Shown piece after piece: positions 1-13,130 of a DNA stretch of 64,000 bases. How positions within the stretch are numbered: position 1 is the first letter of the stretch; every line of letters begins with the position of its first letter. The translations under genes were made by a program, and so were the position numbers. The DNA is from Podarcis liolepis (Eukaryota): NCBI GenBank assembly GCA_965112155.1, contig OZ218106.1. The stretch is one strand, 5' to 3'. Under the pieces are notes generated by a model. The model had not been told where the DNA came from. It searched no databases and saw only the letters and a list, made by a program, of their open reading frames with translations.

Positions 1-110
1 GCCCAGCAGCAAAGGCCGGGGATTCAATTTTACTGCCTCTTTGACAGTTCTCATTATCATTCATCTGAACAGAGTGCTCCTCTACTTCAAATCACTAAAA
101 CAAAAATTTT
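1..110 (-). other. Candidate exon of an unidentified minus-strand gene (short 5' UTR plus possible start of CDS, running off the window)
   Basis: Minus strand reads ccccctttctttccccttccacag|aaaatt, a strong acceptor with AG at 112-111. ATG at 60 opens MIMRTVKEAVKLNPRPLLLG to the window edge. ATG at 64 opens MNDNENCQRGSKIESPAFAAG. Neither protein is recognised. Confidence 0.35.
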
Positions 111-607
111 CTGTGGAAGGGGAAAGAAAGGGGGGAGCAACTTGGAGAGAAACAGCTCCTGTAACCAAGGCAGAACTGACAATGAAAGTTACTTACAGCA
201 CTTTAAAAACAACGTCTGAGATCTATGCCAAAAGTCAATGCTAATAGAAATAATGGCTTTTATAACTACCCTGCTATACAAGTCACTTTGAGGTATTCTG
301 CTTTTTCAGGCAATTATATGTGACCCTTTGTAAGCATCTGCTAGTACTTTTCCATGGAGGTTCAATGGAGGGAGATACAGTGGCGTCATGTGCCTTTTCG
401 TAGGAACACTCATTTCCCCTCACTTTCATTCTCTTAAACATTTTGACTACAAATGCTGCAATGTCAAACTCAATTACAGGGGAAAACAGGTACCGTTAAA
501 ATCAACAATCAACAGAATGCACATTCACATATACGTTCTGACACTCAGGTGTCAATTTCTTTCTTTGCTTTTTCAACAGCTTTCTGAGATAGTGTGCAAA
601 GTACTGG

Positions 608-630
608 ATATATATATATATATATATATA
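608..630. repeat. (TA)n microsatellite
   Basis: Direct reading. Confidence 0.95.
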
Positions 631-1571
631 TGCACTTTTTTAATAGGATACAGAATTAAAAGATGTTCTTTGACAGTCCCTGCTCAGCAGGTTCGATTAA
701 TCCATGATAAATTACATAACTGTCTAAAACAATCTCTGGAAAGAACAGCTGTGCTTTCCTTTAAGTTTCAGGTCTCTTGACTGATATTCATAAAATTACA
801 GTTAACATCACTGCATGCTGAATTAAAATGGTGAGGTAATAAATTTTCATTTCTGAGCAAATGGAATATGATCAGTCCAAGAAAAATGGGCAGTTAGACA
901 CTCTGTTCTCATTGATTTCAGTTTAAGATTTAGATTTTCTACAGACGATAACTTGAATTTTATTGATTGGTTTAAAAATATTTATAAACCACTCTTCATC
1001 GATATAGATACCAGAGCTTAGCACACAACACAAAATAAAAGCAACCAAAGCGTAAAGTAACAAGGCATTCTGAAATGCACCATTGAACAAATAACGCAGC
1101 TAAAAGCAGCAGAGCAGATTAAACACTAGCAAAACTTAAAATGCCAGGAGAAATAAGTTAGTTGTAACCTGGCACCAAAATGCTAAGAACATCTACACCA
1201 GTTGTACCATTAAGGGAAGGGAACCAGCATCGAAAGGGGAGGCTAAACAAGTGCATTTGTCACTGGGTTTTTTTAGAACATGATTCTACTGGTTGAAATT
1301 ACTTTGCCCCCACCTCCAGGTCAAGGCATAAGACAAGGTTCTGGGTGAAAAGAGCTGTATTTATTAAACCAGTGATCCACAACATCAACAGTACTTCAGC
1401 AAATGCAGGAATTGAATCTGAAGGAGGCAAGGAAGAGAGCCCCTGTGCCTTCTGGTTGGGCAATACCATCCTGACTTGAAGCAACTGGAAAAGTCACAAC
1501 CCATTAGCCTGCCTAGCTTATGTAGCACTTTGCATAGCTGGCCACAATCCTGTTTATGGAACTGTTCCAGG

Positions 1572-2019
1572 CAGTGGCACCAACTCCAGGGATCCTAGAG
1601 GCCTAGGCACCCACAATTTTTTTGTTGTGCATGCCCAGTCTCCACCCCCACCCCGCTGCTGAGTGCTGACTGCCACCACCATTGCTGCACACCACTGGCC
1701 GCCACCTTAACTCTGGCACTAACACAGCAACTGGGCCAGGGCCTGCCTCTCTGCCACAGGACCTCTGTTGAGGCCCGCTGTGGCCATGGATGTGCTTCCA
1801 GGGTGCATCTGTAGCTATAGTGGGCCCCAACAGAGGCCCTGCAGAGAAGGTACAGGCTCTGGCCCAATGGCTGCTGTGGCGCTGAGCGTGCACATGCCCC
1901 ATGCTGCACTGTCATGACATCACATGATGTCATCACGTCATGTGACCACTGATGGTATTTCAGCATGCCGTGGTGCTGGGCTGGCCACTCACAGTCTGGG
2001 TCCCAAGTCAGTACTGCTG
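1572..2019. mobile_element. Old non-autonomous DNA transposon, hAT-like
   Basis: Degenerate CAG...CTG termini (cagtggcaccaact / agtcagtactgctg). Imperfect 8-bp flanks gttccagg and attccagc. GC-richer interior than surroundings. Confidence 0.45.
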
Positions 2020-3426
2020 ATTCCAGCTATTTTCTTTGCTTTTGTTCCTGGAATGTGAATCATTCAACGACCCTTTTTTATATGTTAAAAATTGCACATC
2101 GCATTATGGGTTTTTAAAATAAATTGCTTACTTATTTGAAGGAAATGTTTCCAAAGGACTTACAAGAAATCAGTAGCAAATGAGGCAACATTAGCCTGCA
2201 GGCTTGTAATCTAAAAGATAGGCCACAAAAGGAAAGAGGGATGGGGAGGGATAAGAAAAGCAAGCAAAGCTACAAGGGCTGCGTTTGCACTGCTGTTTAC
2301 TCAGCATCTACTATGTACCCACTGGTGGGTGGGAAGTGATGCACACATGAGATTGGCCACAATCCAGATCAATCCTGTATCTTGTCATTGCTTGTGAAAC
2401 AATGCAATTTGATGTGCATTTCCCCAAACAAGGTCCAAACAAAATTGAAAAACAGAATGACCTAGTTGTGCTTTGAGCTGGTAATGTGCTCACACATGAG
2501 TTCTTAAAGTTATAAAAAAAAGTTTGCTTCTTTGTATATGGGAAACATCAGGGCACTCCAGATTCTTCATACTCAACAATTATTTATTATGATGCACAAA
2601 GCAACAATCTTTGCCTTGTAAGAGAAACCTAAACATCTTAACTGAACAATGCCCTGATTCTTGCCCAGGCCTTTTTGCAGTTTAGCAGACCTCAGGCTTT
2701 GCATCCAAAAATGAAAGCCTTTTCTTTTATACGTCTCACCTGGCCTGCTAACCTAAGGCCTTCTGAGCATGTCTCTCAAAAAAGCAGTGTACAGCAGTTC
2801 TTATAACAGTCAGCTTGAGTGGAAACAGTTGATGGAGAACCAAAAAGAAGTGGCCTCTCAGAGGATGGAGTGGACTTTAGTTCCCATCTCTCTCACTGCT
2901 GTGGCCACTTGGGCTGCATTCTGAAGATTACGGAATTAGTTTTCCTGGTTATAATGCTAGCATTTCTGTGCCACGTTATAATCTTCCTTTTACACTGCAT
3001 TGCCTGTTGCATTATGGAATGAACGCTTTTTGAATGACATACCGCCATGCAGCACTCAATTTCATTCACACCAGTGGCCATGGTGTGGCACAACAGCAGA
3101 TGTCATTGGACATGGTGCCATCCCCACCCTTTATGCCCATGTGTGCTTCAGTTCCTCCATGATTCACCCATGAAAATGGCAGCAAATAACAGTACGCCAG
3201 AACAGAGCCCCAAATGCCACCCTGCAATTTTCAGGGCGACAAACAGATTTTTTTTCCCCTGGAAGCCATTAACATAGAAATGGGCATTAAGCTTCCACTA
3301 GATTCTGGAAGTGGCTTTTTATGTTGTCCGAAATATCACATAAAATGCAAATAAATCCCAGGTAAGGAAATGTCAGGGAAATGGAATGAAGTGCCACCTG
3401 AAGGCAGCTCTGGAATGGCAGCTGTT

Positions 3427-3951
3427 CAGTGACATAGTGTCGGGGGGGGGGCAATGGGGCCATAGCCCTAGGTGAAAATATATGAGGGGGTGCAATCCGG
3501 CGCCCCAGCAACAAGCTCACTCATCGAGGCTGAAGTCATGGGGAAGCAAGCTGTGCCCAGGCCAGACCTTTGGGATGGGGTTAGCAGTAGCGCCTCCTTC
3601 TCCTTGTGGCCAGCAAAGGGATGCCCAGGCATGCCTCACTCCTAGGCCAGCCAAGAGGAAGGAAGAAGGAGGGCGGTTGTGCTGCCCACCAAGGAGGAAG
3701 GGAGGAAAAGGGTGAGGAAGCACCGCCAGAGCTATGTGCATTGCCCAGAGCACCTCACTGCAAGGACAGGAGGGCAAGATGACACAGAGACACTCTTGAC
3801 TTTGCACTTCTCTGCCCAACTCACAGGTTGGGGATAGTTTGCAAGGATGGACTTAGATGCTGGCTGACAAAGAGACTGACCGTTGCCCAGTCCACCAGGG
3901 GGGCACAACACTTGCCCCATCCTGGGCACTGACAACCCACACTACACGCTG
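3427..3951. mobile_element. Non-autonomous hAT-like element
   Basis: Exact 8-bp TSD cagctgtt at 3419-3426 and 3952-3959. Degenerate TIRs cagtgacatagtgt / acactacacgctg. Confidence 0.65.
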
Positions 3952-5439
3952 CAGCTGTTAGATCAGAGTTGAGAAGAAGTGCCTGATAGAGCTGGTCTCT
4001 CCGTAGAGGTGATGGAATGGGTCCTGCGTTCTGTTTCTATTTCTATGCAAACATATGCATGCTATGTATCCAAAGTTCCTTTGGCAACATTTCAAAGCTA
4101 AAAGAACCAGGTATAGATCACTCCTGAAACAGTCACTGTGGTGCTCCTTGTCACATCTCTAATTAGAGGGAATGAAACTTCCAAGCAGCAATAACCAAAA
4201 ATCATTTGCCTAGCCCCTATCAGAGGTAGTACATTGCATCTACACTTTATGAAAGATGTTGACTATATGTATTCACACTGTAGCTTTATTAAAGACCCAT
4301 TAGTTAAAATGAAATACTTGGACTGTTTTCCCCTCTGTGCAACTGGCCATTTTTGTGATTTAGTGAAAAGAGAAACAAGGTCATAAACAATACACTGAGA
4401 CTCTTTGTGGCCCTACTTTTCAATGTCAATTCAGTACAAATTTAGCGACCTTGGGGATTTTGAGGCTGATTGATATCAAGCCATAGTTAAAAGAGAAGAA
4501 GAAAAACCCAATCAACTCTGTGATGCCATTGAAGTGAGGGAACATATTCCTACCCAATCTACAAGAATAAAAAAACCTCATTCTTTCAAAATATTCTATT
4601 CCACAACTGAAGGACAAATATTGTACTGGGTTCAATGTATAAAAGTTTTTATACTATTACTTTCAAAAGAATATTTGTATGATCTTAAGTGTACTATGCA
4701 TTTGCTCGTTCTCTAGTCTACATCTCCTTGGTTATGTGAATGTACTGACCTTTCACGTACTGAGCTGGAAATTCTTTTTAAAAATTCTTAACACAAGGTA
4801 ATTGAATTTGGCATAAATAAATTCTAGGCTGAATCACTCTAAGCCCACTTGGTATGACTTCATAATTTTAAAATATTTAACATTTTTTGTTACTGAGTGC
4901 TTTTTTTCCTTGAGCACAAACCCGCCCAGACCCACACTTTTTTTATTAGAATGTTCAGCTGCTTTGCCCCTACCCGCCCCCCTTTTCTGCAATAAAGCCA
5001 TTAAGCAAATGCAGAATAAGTCAAGCACACATAGCATGGCATATGGGTAATTTCCATTAAAGAAGTTCAGTGTGTGGTTAAAAGTAAAAGTTGACACAAA
5101 GAAATGTCAGTGTCAATTACATTTGGCATATGGTTATAGTGATTTAAGTATAGTGATTTAAGTATTGCACAGGTTCTAAGAAGACGTTTCATTGTATTGG
5201 TACAGGCTCTTTCTATACGGTGTATACTGTTGCAAAAGTTAAATTTGCAACAACACATTAGATACAGCAGTACATAGTTTATATGCACATGTGAATTAGA
5301 ATGCCCAGTCCAAACTACACACAAGGTTTTCCTATTTCATTCATTCCTGGATTTAATGTATTGGTTACACTGTGTCTAAGACTGAGGATAAGAACTGAAA
5401 AAGAGCGAAGCTAGCTTAGACCAAAGGCCTATCCTGTTT

Positions 5440-7020
5440 CCTTGCAATCACACAGTTTTCCCCACAACTCTGAAGAACACTTGAGAGCAAGCGTCTTGGT
5501 AGAATTGCTATATTTATTGAAGTATAAGATCTGCAAACAGAGTGTCACTTAATAAGTATGGGCAAGTGAGTTTATTCTTTGTATAGAGGAGACCACCCCT
5601 TTTATAATCTTCTGGGCATGTCAGCCACTGGACTCAGTGACTTCCTGTTCAAGGATTGGGTATACTGTCCCCCACCTTGTTAGGTGAGCATTGGGGTGTG
5701 ATGGCTGAGCATGTACATCATGACCACACAGCCAAGTATCCCTGTCTATTCCTGTGGACACTCTGAAGGCCCACTCCTAGCCTGAAGCTATAGGTGATGA
5801 CTCTCACATGCCCACAACCCTATAATGCCTAAGGGGGACATAGAATTATATCTTGATTTGCTCATCTGCCTACACTAAACACCGATGAGACCAAAGTGAC
5901 CACATTCAGAAGTAAGCAATTGCCAGTCAGACCAATACTTTAAATAAGCAGCCCATCGCCAATTAGACAAGGCAACAGATCTCACACCCATCATATCTCA
6001 ATTCTCCAGTTATGCAAGGAAATGCCAGTTATACCAGATTCACCAAATCAGACAATGGAAACATTGCCAGTCTGATGAGACTCATGAAAGGAACAGGCAC
6101 ACTAAACAGAGCAGTGTGAGGTAGGTGAAAAAAGGGAGAGTTCTGGATAAGAAGATTCTCCCCCTGAAAAAACAAGAATCCTAATTTGCCCCAATAAAAG
6201 GCAGCAGGCAGAAACCCACAATGTAAAAGGAGGGCACAGCGGAACAGAAAGAAGGCAAGGAGGGGGGAAAGGGTCCCTGAATTGGCCAGGGCTGCTCCCC
6301 TGTGATTGGTCACTTCGCCTCAGGTTGCCATGTCCCCTCTTTCCTTGGGGTAATTCAGAGTGTCTTTCAGGTAAATGGGTGGGTGAAGCAAATTCATTCC
6401 TACTAATGGCAGGAATGCCATTCCTACAATGGCAGTTAGATTACCACAACAAGGCATGAGAGCCTGCTTCTTCAAATCACATATAGCAACTACAGGCAAC
6501 AACAGCTTGGATCCATACTTAGAAAAGGCCCAGTGAAATCAATGGGACATTATTTAGCCATGATTAACTCAAGTCCCATTGACCTACTCCGAGTATGGAT
6601 CCAACCTAATATGTTCATCAAACCTCCAGCTGCAATTGCTCCCTTCGTATACACCATCTTGTACATTCCATGTCCACAAAAGGCCAGACTGAACCAAAAG
6701 CATTTGCACCATATCCAGAAGATGCCTGCACCTGGGTTTTGGCAAGTTCCTAGAGGAAAGAAATTGAGCAGGTGAGGAGCAGCTAATGAAGAAGAATGCC
6801 TGTTTTATGTTCTTGTGGTTTTGACTAGGTTCACTTACTGCAGTATTTCTGGTCACTTTTCCAAGTTGTGATAAGATATAAGGATAGAGGAATCTTTTTA
6901 AGATATGCCAGGCCAAGGTTGTTGGAAATTGCCTGTCAGAAGGCAGGACAAACATTCTGCACCAACCAAAGCTTCTCAGCAAGGGTAGCCCTTCAAAAAG
7001 CATCTTTTGCTGCTGTGCCT
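5440..7020 (-). mobile_element. Heavily decayed Gypsy-like LTR retrotransposon remnant (integrase C-terminus/chromodomain-like)
   Basis: Minus ORF 6584-7003 contains KRFLYPYIL (GPY/F-like), KNIKQAFFFIS (HPVFHVS-like) and WNVQDGVYEGSNCSWRFDEHI (chromodomain-like). Boundaries approximate. Confidence 0.35.
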
Positions 7021-7699
7021 TTGGGTAGCTAACAAGACTATTTCGTGATCAACTCTGATTTCTTTTGAAAGACTTGAAATGTGGAGTGATAAAATGAGGA
7101 AATATTGTGTCAATTAAAAAATGAATTAACATCTGCTTCTGAACAGATTTAGTGGTGCTGTCACTGCTGACTTCACAGCACTTTGAATAAAAACTGAGAT
7201 TAACTTATAATTAAGTTGCCATTTATCCTCTTTATACTAAAATACTTTTTCACAGAAAACAATGTGATTTTACTAGACTTCTTGAGGATTGGGGGAAGTA
7301 CTCTTTGAAAAGAGAAAGGCAAGAAGGCTTAAGTACAAACATACCATATAATATCATTAACATTGTCCATTACTGGTTTATTCTCAGGAGAGATTTTGTC
7401 ATTTACCTAACGTTTACACAGGAACGTGTACTGTTTGCTGAGGTGATGTCTATATTGCAATTACTCCTGGTATAAAATTCCATCTTAACTATTGTTAACA
7501 ATAGATAATTGGGTAGCTCAGAAGTCAATAGCCCTAATTCTGTGAGCACAGAAAGAAGCTACATATTCATTGCTGGCCTCACTGTTCTGAAGAAGCTTTT
7601 AGAAAGTAGAAGCTTCTCTTAACTATTCTAAGTTTTCAGATGGTGGTGGGGTCGGGGAGGTAGCAGTGGGAAGAATGTACTAATATTAAGCTCTGGACG

Positions 7700-7700
<1 letters not shown>

Positions 7701-7732
<32 letters not shown>
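7701..7732. repeat. (CA)n microsatellite
   Basis: Direct reading. Confidence 0.95.
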
Positions 7733-7735
<3 letters not shown>

Positions 7736-7934
7736 AATAGGGGTGGGGTGTTGTTATTTCACATGACAAAAGTTGGGGCAGTATCCTGGCATACAGTACT
7801 TTCCTGCAGGTTAAATATTAGCACAGCCTAGTGGTATGTTAACAAAAAAGGCCATAACGCCATAATGCAACTGGTACTGCAGTGTAAAATGAATGTTAGA
7901 AATTGGAAGAGAAGTGCTAGCATTATAACCAGTA

Positions 7935-8112
7935 GAGTGGTACCTCTGGTTATGAATGCTTCAGGTTACGAGCTCCGCTAACCCGGAAGCAGCTGCTCCT
8001 GGTTGCGAACTTTGCCCCAGGATGCAGTAAAAGTGCACCTCAGGATAAAAACGGTTTCAGCTTAAGAACGGACCTCTGGAATGAATAAAGTTCGTAAACA
8101 GAGATACCACTG
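7935..8112. mobile_element. Tc1/mariner (Tigger/pogo-like) MITE
   Basis: TA-flanked; TIRs gagtggtacctctgg / acagagataccactg. Confidence 0.8.
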
Positions 8113-9704
8113 TAAAGCTAACACAAGAAACCCCATATTTAAATACGGCACAGGACAAACACTGTTACATCACTCCTATGCTATATGAGTGAAATAATAG
8201 GTAATACATGTTTCCTCTTATTTTACCTCAACTGGTCATGGAAGTTTTCAGGAGCAAGCACAAAGGAACTGGTAGACAATTAATATGTTTTATTTGTATA
8301 AGGAGTAAGCAATTTGCATATAAAGCAAATTAGGTTGTCTGTATTTGGAGAAACTGAAGTATGGCAACTCTACATAAATGTATGTGTTTCAAAATCATGT
8401 TTTAATATCTCAGTACTTCAAATTATTTAAATGTTTGTTATCATCTCTAAAAAGTATGTAGATACCTCACAACCTATAAATCATGGAAATCAGGAATAAC
8501 TGATATTACTAGCTTTGTTCATTAGGATAATAAATGCATCTGCATGCACATACATAACTTTGGCATTTTAAAGTGCAACCAATTTGGTGTGAAACTTATT
8601 TGCCAAACTCAGTACTATTATCATTCACAAATAGTAATAAACCATACTGGCTTTTTATCGGAACCTTGTAAAACCATAAAAAGCTGCCTAACTTTTAGTC
8701 AAATAGATGTGCTGCCTATTTAAAATAATGATTCTGTCTTTTTGATGCAGAACATAAAAGGAATGAAATGAGTGCCAGTCATCAGATAAAGGCCCACAAA
8801 ATATTATATGAATTCTAATGCAGTACATTCTTGAAACGAAACATGCATACACATGCACGTGTCAATGAAAAAGGCATATTTTATCTTCATGTAGAATAAT
8901 TCAAATTTAGTTTTTATAAATGAAACCCAGTGAAGTAACAGGAAATAATAGCACTTAAGATCAAATTGTTATGCTACTGTATTTTTACTTTTTAATGGTA
9001 GCATGATCTTCATTCCTGTCTGTGAGAGATTGCTTATTTCCACACACTCCAAAATCACTCTCAAAGTAGCCATTTCTTTGCTAAACATGGAGTTGTTCTG
9101 AAGCATTTTTGTGGTGTATGAAAATACAGTGACTCAAGTGGAATTAGCAGTTGGTCTCTATTTTTTGTCAGGGCCACTTGACTATGTATTCTATTTTAAC
9201 CATGGGCCAACTGCTTTCAGATGCTATGAAAACAGGCTATGTTTAGATAGTTGACTTTGTAATGCCTCACATTGGCCTTTCTGGAGACTTTTTTCCCATA
9301 CGTAAACCATTTGAAATGGCCATCACCACTGCACCACTGTCTTCTTCATACTGCCATTTGCTGTGACTTGCACTGAATATGTATTTCACTCATGTTCTTG
9401 AAGAGTCTTGGAATGAGTTACCATTTAACTTGCTCGAACTGTGGATTGGTATCCAGCTAACTTTTTCCATCAGTGCAAAGATTTCTGCTTGTGCAATGGA
9501 ACCTTCCTGCCTCTCCTTTCCCTATGTGTGTTCTTCTCCCTCCCCAAATTTGCTCCAGAAAGCTCGGGCAGAACCCAGAAGAGACCTGGGGACTTTGGGG
9601 CAGGGAGAAGAATGGAGAACATGTGACCGTGCAAGCAAAAATTTGAGTGCTGCTAGAATGAGTTAGTTGGGTACCACCCACAATTTTCTTTTACTATTTA
9701 TCTC

Positions 9705-9756
9705 CCCTCCTTTCCTTCCTTCCTTCCTTCCTTCCTTCCTTCCTTCCTTCCTTCCT
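9705..9756. repeat. (TTCC)n microsatellite
   Basis: Direct reading. Confidence 0.95.
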
Positions 9757-10639
9757 TAAAATCTGCCCAGAACAAGAAGTGGCCTTGGATATAAGAAATG
9801 GGAACAGCAAATGCCAGTATCCAATTTCTCAATGAGATCTGAAATTAAACTTTCCCATCTTCTCCCATGATAAAATAAGTAGGGCAGGAAACAGAATATG
9901 AAAAAATTATTCATACATGATGGAAGAGCAGAAACAGGAATTGCAGGTGCTTCTACTTTTTTGGTCAACCATATTTCTGACTATTCAAAGGCACTCAACA
10001 AAAATGAAGCACTCATCCTCCCACCCCAAACAGAATTTATCATTTGCACACTGGATAGTCAGGAGATGAATATGTGGTGTGTTACAGAGATGCTCTCTTA
10101 GTATCTACCATGCTATCTTTTAAGCACCGGGCAAATATTTTACATTCTGCAAAACTTTAAAATTTTTGAGTACTGGCCTTTTAATCTGCTTATTTGAATC
10201 TGTCAGTTATTTTGTTTGTGGTGTTTCTTTCGATTTCACGACATTATTTTATTAAATCACTCTTTGGACTAGATAGGTCTTTGGTCTAGTTGAACAGCAC
10301 TCTTATTATGTTCCTAAAGATGTCCTTTAGGGGGTTAGATGGGTACCCCAAAACTTTTGGGACCCAGAGGTACAATGAGAAACCTAAGTAACTGTTCCAG
10401 ATAGCACAAAATACCCTTTCACAAAATAAAAAATGCTGATTCTCAAAAACACCCCCCAAATGGATAAAACACAGACAAAAAACAGCAGGCAATGTTCTCA
10501 AGGAAGTTAACCCCTCCCACCAAACAAGAAAGAATCTTTTAAAAAAACGGAAGAACAATAAACTATGGTGGGCACTAAGGAGAGATGTCAGAAGGTGCCA
10601 TGGTGGCAGTGGCCTCCACACTGGAGACCCGAAGTTAAG

Positions 10640-10845
10640 GCTATCAATAGCTAATCATCATGATGACTATATTCAGTCTGCAGGTTCAGAGGCAGTATAA
10701 TCTCAATCACCAGATCCTGGAGAACAATAGTGGCAGAGGACCATTGGGTTCAATTTGTGGGTTTTCTATAATTATCTGGTTGACCACTGTGAGAAAGACG
10801 TTGGACCAAATAGTTATTTGATCTCATCCAGCAGGATCTTCTTTT
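10640..10845 (+). mobile_element. CR1 3' UTR fragment
   Basis: Shares the atctggttg.ccactgtgagaa ... atccagcagg motif with the tail of the CR1 at 11075-11685. Confidence 0.5.
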
Positions 10846-11074
10846 GGAAACTCTGGTTGAATGGTCTTTTATACAAATCTTTTAAGTAAATGAGTAGATT
10901 CAAAGAGCAGTGAAAGAGCTTCAGTGGTAAACACTTTTGAAGCAGTTTAAGCATACTGAAGACAAAGAGAGGGCATCTCAGGAAAGGCTTTGTTGAAGAA
11001 GTTTATCCTGAGAAGAGCTTCAAAGAGGAAGTGTGTGTTCCATGTACAGACTTCAGAAGTAGCTTTACAGCACA

Positions 11075-11685
11075 TGCCCTACTGAGAACTTGTAAATGCT
11101 AGAAAAGGCTGAGAAAAGGGCAGCCAAAATGATCAAGGGATGGAGTAACTCCCCTATGAAGAAAGGCTACTGTGTTTGGAACTTTTTAGTTTAGAGAAAG
11201 GGCAAGTAAGAGATGACACGAAAGAAGTTTATGACATTGTGTGTGGCATGGAGCAAGTGAATAGAGGATTTTTTTTTTTTTTGCCATCTCTCACAACTTT
11301 AGAACTCATGAACACCCAATGAAGCTGAATGTTGAAAGTTTCCGGAGAGTTAAAAGAAAGTACTTCTTCACATGGTGCATAGCTAAAACATGGAACTTGC
11401 TCCCACAGAAGGCAGTGATTGCTACCATTCTATATGGCTTTAAAAGAGAATTAGACAAATTCATGGAGGAAAGGCTACTAGCTGTGATGGCTATGCTCTG
11501 CCTCTGCAGCTGGAGTCAGCAGTGCTTCTGAATAGCAGCTGCTGGAACCACAGGAGGAGAGGGTGCTCTTGTGCTCGCAACCTGCTAGCAGGTTTCCCAC
11601 AGGCATCTGGTTGGCCACTGTGAGAACAGGATGCTGGATTAGGTGGGCCATTGACCTGATTCAACAGGCTTTTCCTATGTTCTTA
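11075..11685 (+). mobile_element. 5'-truncated CR1 LINE (ORF2 C-terminus plus 3' UTR)
   Basis: Translates to LPYEERLLCLELFSLEKG and MKLNVESFRRVKRKYFFTWCIAKTWNLLPQ...FKRELDKFM, typical of the CR1 ORF2 end. Tail ends tatgttctta. Confidence 0.85.
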
Positions 11686-12082
11686 AACAGAAATCAAGGA
11701 CTGAATCTGCCCATCTTTTCAGACCCGGCGATGATTTGCCAAGATGTTCTAATGCTTTAAGCAGGCAACAGTGGAGACTGCCGTATATGCACAATGGGAC
11801 ACCTCAGTTTGCCTTCATCCTGCTCCCAAATGCCTGCCTTTTTACCTATAGCTTGCTCAATGGATGGCTATGCATGTCACCTTCCTCCTCAGTCTCAGCA
11901 CTGCCCCCTGGTAGAAATCAACAGGGGAAAGGATGGGGACAAGACAAGTTACTTGGCTCTGCCTGTCATTGGTTCTGGCTCCACCACTGTTGGTTTCCCT
12001 GACTTCTGCTGCATCAGTCCCAATGGGCGCCAGCCATGGGCAATGTACAAGAACTCCTAGGTTGCCATACTATACTTTGATA

Positions 12083-12083
<1 letters not shown>

Positions 12084-12126
<43 letters not shown>
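12084..12126. repeat. (CA)n microsatellite
   Basis: Direct reading. Confidence 0.95.
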
Positions 12127-12129
<3 letters not shown>

Positions 12130-13009
12130 TAGAGACCTAAAAGGTGTCTGATCATAAGAATAACTCAGGTGAACTGTTGCCATGTCTTAGAACTATAGGA
12201 GGGAAACAGCAATAAAAAGATGACCTAATCAATGGGGTTTCCTAAAAATGCTGTAGGATAGGTCAATATATTTTCTAAAATGCCAGGCTCTGAATTGCTT
12301 CTTTCTCCATCAGTCACTATCCAGTGTGTCCTTTTCATTTCTTTGAGTTTAGCTGTTCTCCCTCTCTGGGTTTGATTTCTCAGCCAATATGCTGATGCCC
12401 AGCTCTATGTACATTGACACTTCTCATGCTCTCTTCCCTGACCCCTCCAGTTTCCCAATATTTTATTTAAGTACTGAATGTATTCTTCTGCTGTCTTGGT
12501 TTACTATCATTATGGGAATTAGCAGTTTCAAGTGCTGTTAAAATGTTGGTTACGTTTTTCTTTTACAGTATAATGACCATTAACCATGGAGATCAAGATT
12601 AAATATATGAAAACTGAGGCAAACATATTTCAGAGGTTCCTACTCCATTATAGTCCTAATGAAAGCAAAACTCTTATCACTTTCAAAAAGTCAGATAAGT
12701 TGCTGGATAAACATAAAAGGAATTTGGAATGCAACGTAAAGTATTTTGGGGGACAGTCCAGAGGTTACTGACTCCCACTGTGGGTGAGGGAATTCTGGAG
12801 CATTCAATGAACTGTGATCAACTGGCTACACATTTTGATGAGAATGTTGCTTGACTCTCCAGTGCCCTTGACTCTGCAACTGTTGAGTGGTGTGGTGTGG
12901 GATTGGTTCCAGCTTATTCAGTCTGCTGATGTTTCAGCTTATTCAGCCTGATCCTTTTGGCTTATTAAATCTTTCAGAGGGGCTTTGACTAGCTGGCTCC
13001 GGATTGTAG

Positions 13010-13130
13010 TTACTGCTTCATGGTGTGAGGAGGTGCCTTGAAATATGCAGTGGTACAGCCACTCCTAAAGAAACCATCCCTGGACTTTCTGGATTGGAAT
13101 AACTATCAATCAGTCACAAATACCCTCATT
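13010..13130 (+). mobile_element. L2 LINE RT fragment
   Basis: KYAVVQPLLKKPSLDFLDWNNYQSV matches the L2 motif A.V.PLLKKPSLD...NYRPV. Confidence 0.7.

Noticed and set aside
2893-3140. Possible Harbinger transposase motifs (DGT, HSI..QA)
   Set aside because: Spacing is wrong, a frameshift is needed, and differences from the 7.9-kb copy fall mostly at second codon positions in that frame.
4435-4473. Plus-strand terminal exon YKFSDLGDFEAD*
   Set aside because: Weak acceptor, no upstream partner exons, protein not recognised.
9461-9525. RGS-like peptide AQAEIFALMEK on the minus strand
   Set aside because: No pyrimidine tract, in-frame stop upstream and no further RGS sequence; probably chance.
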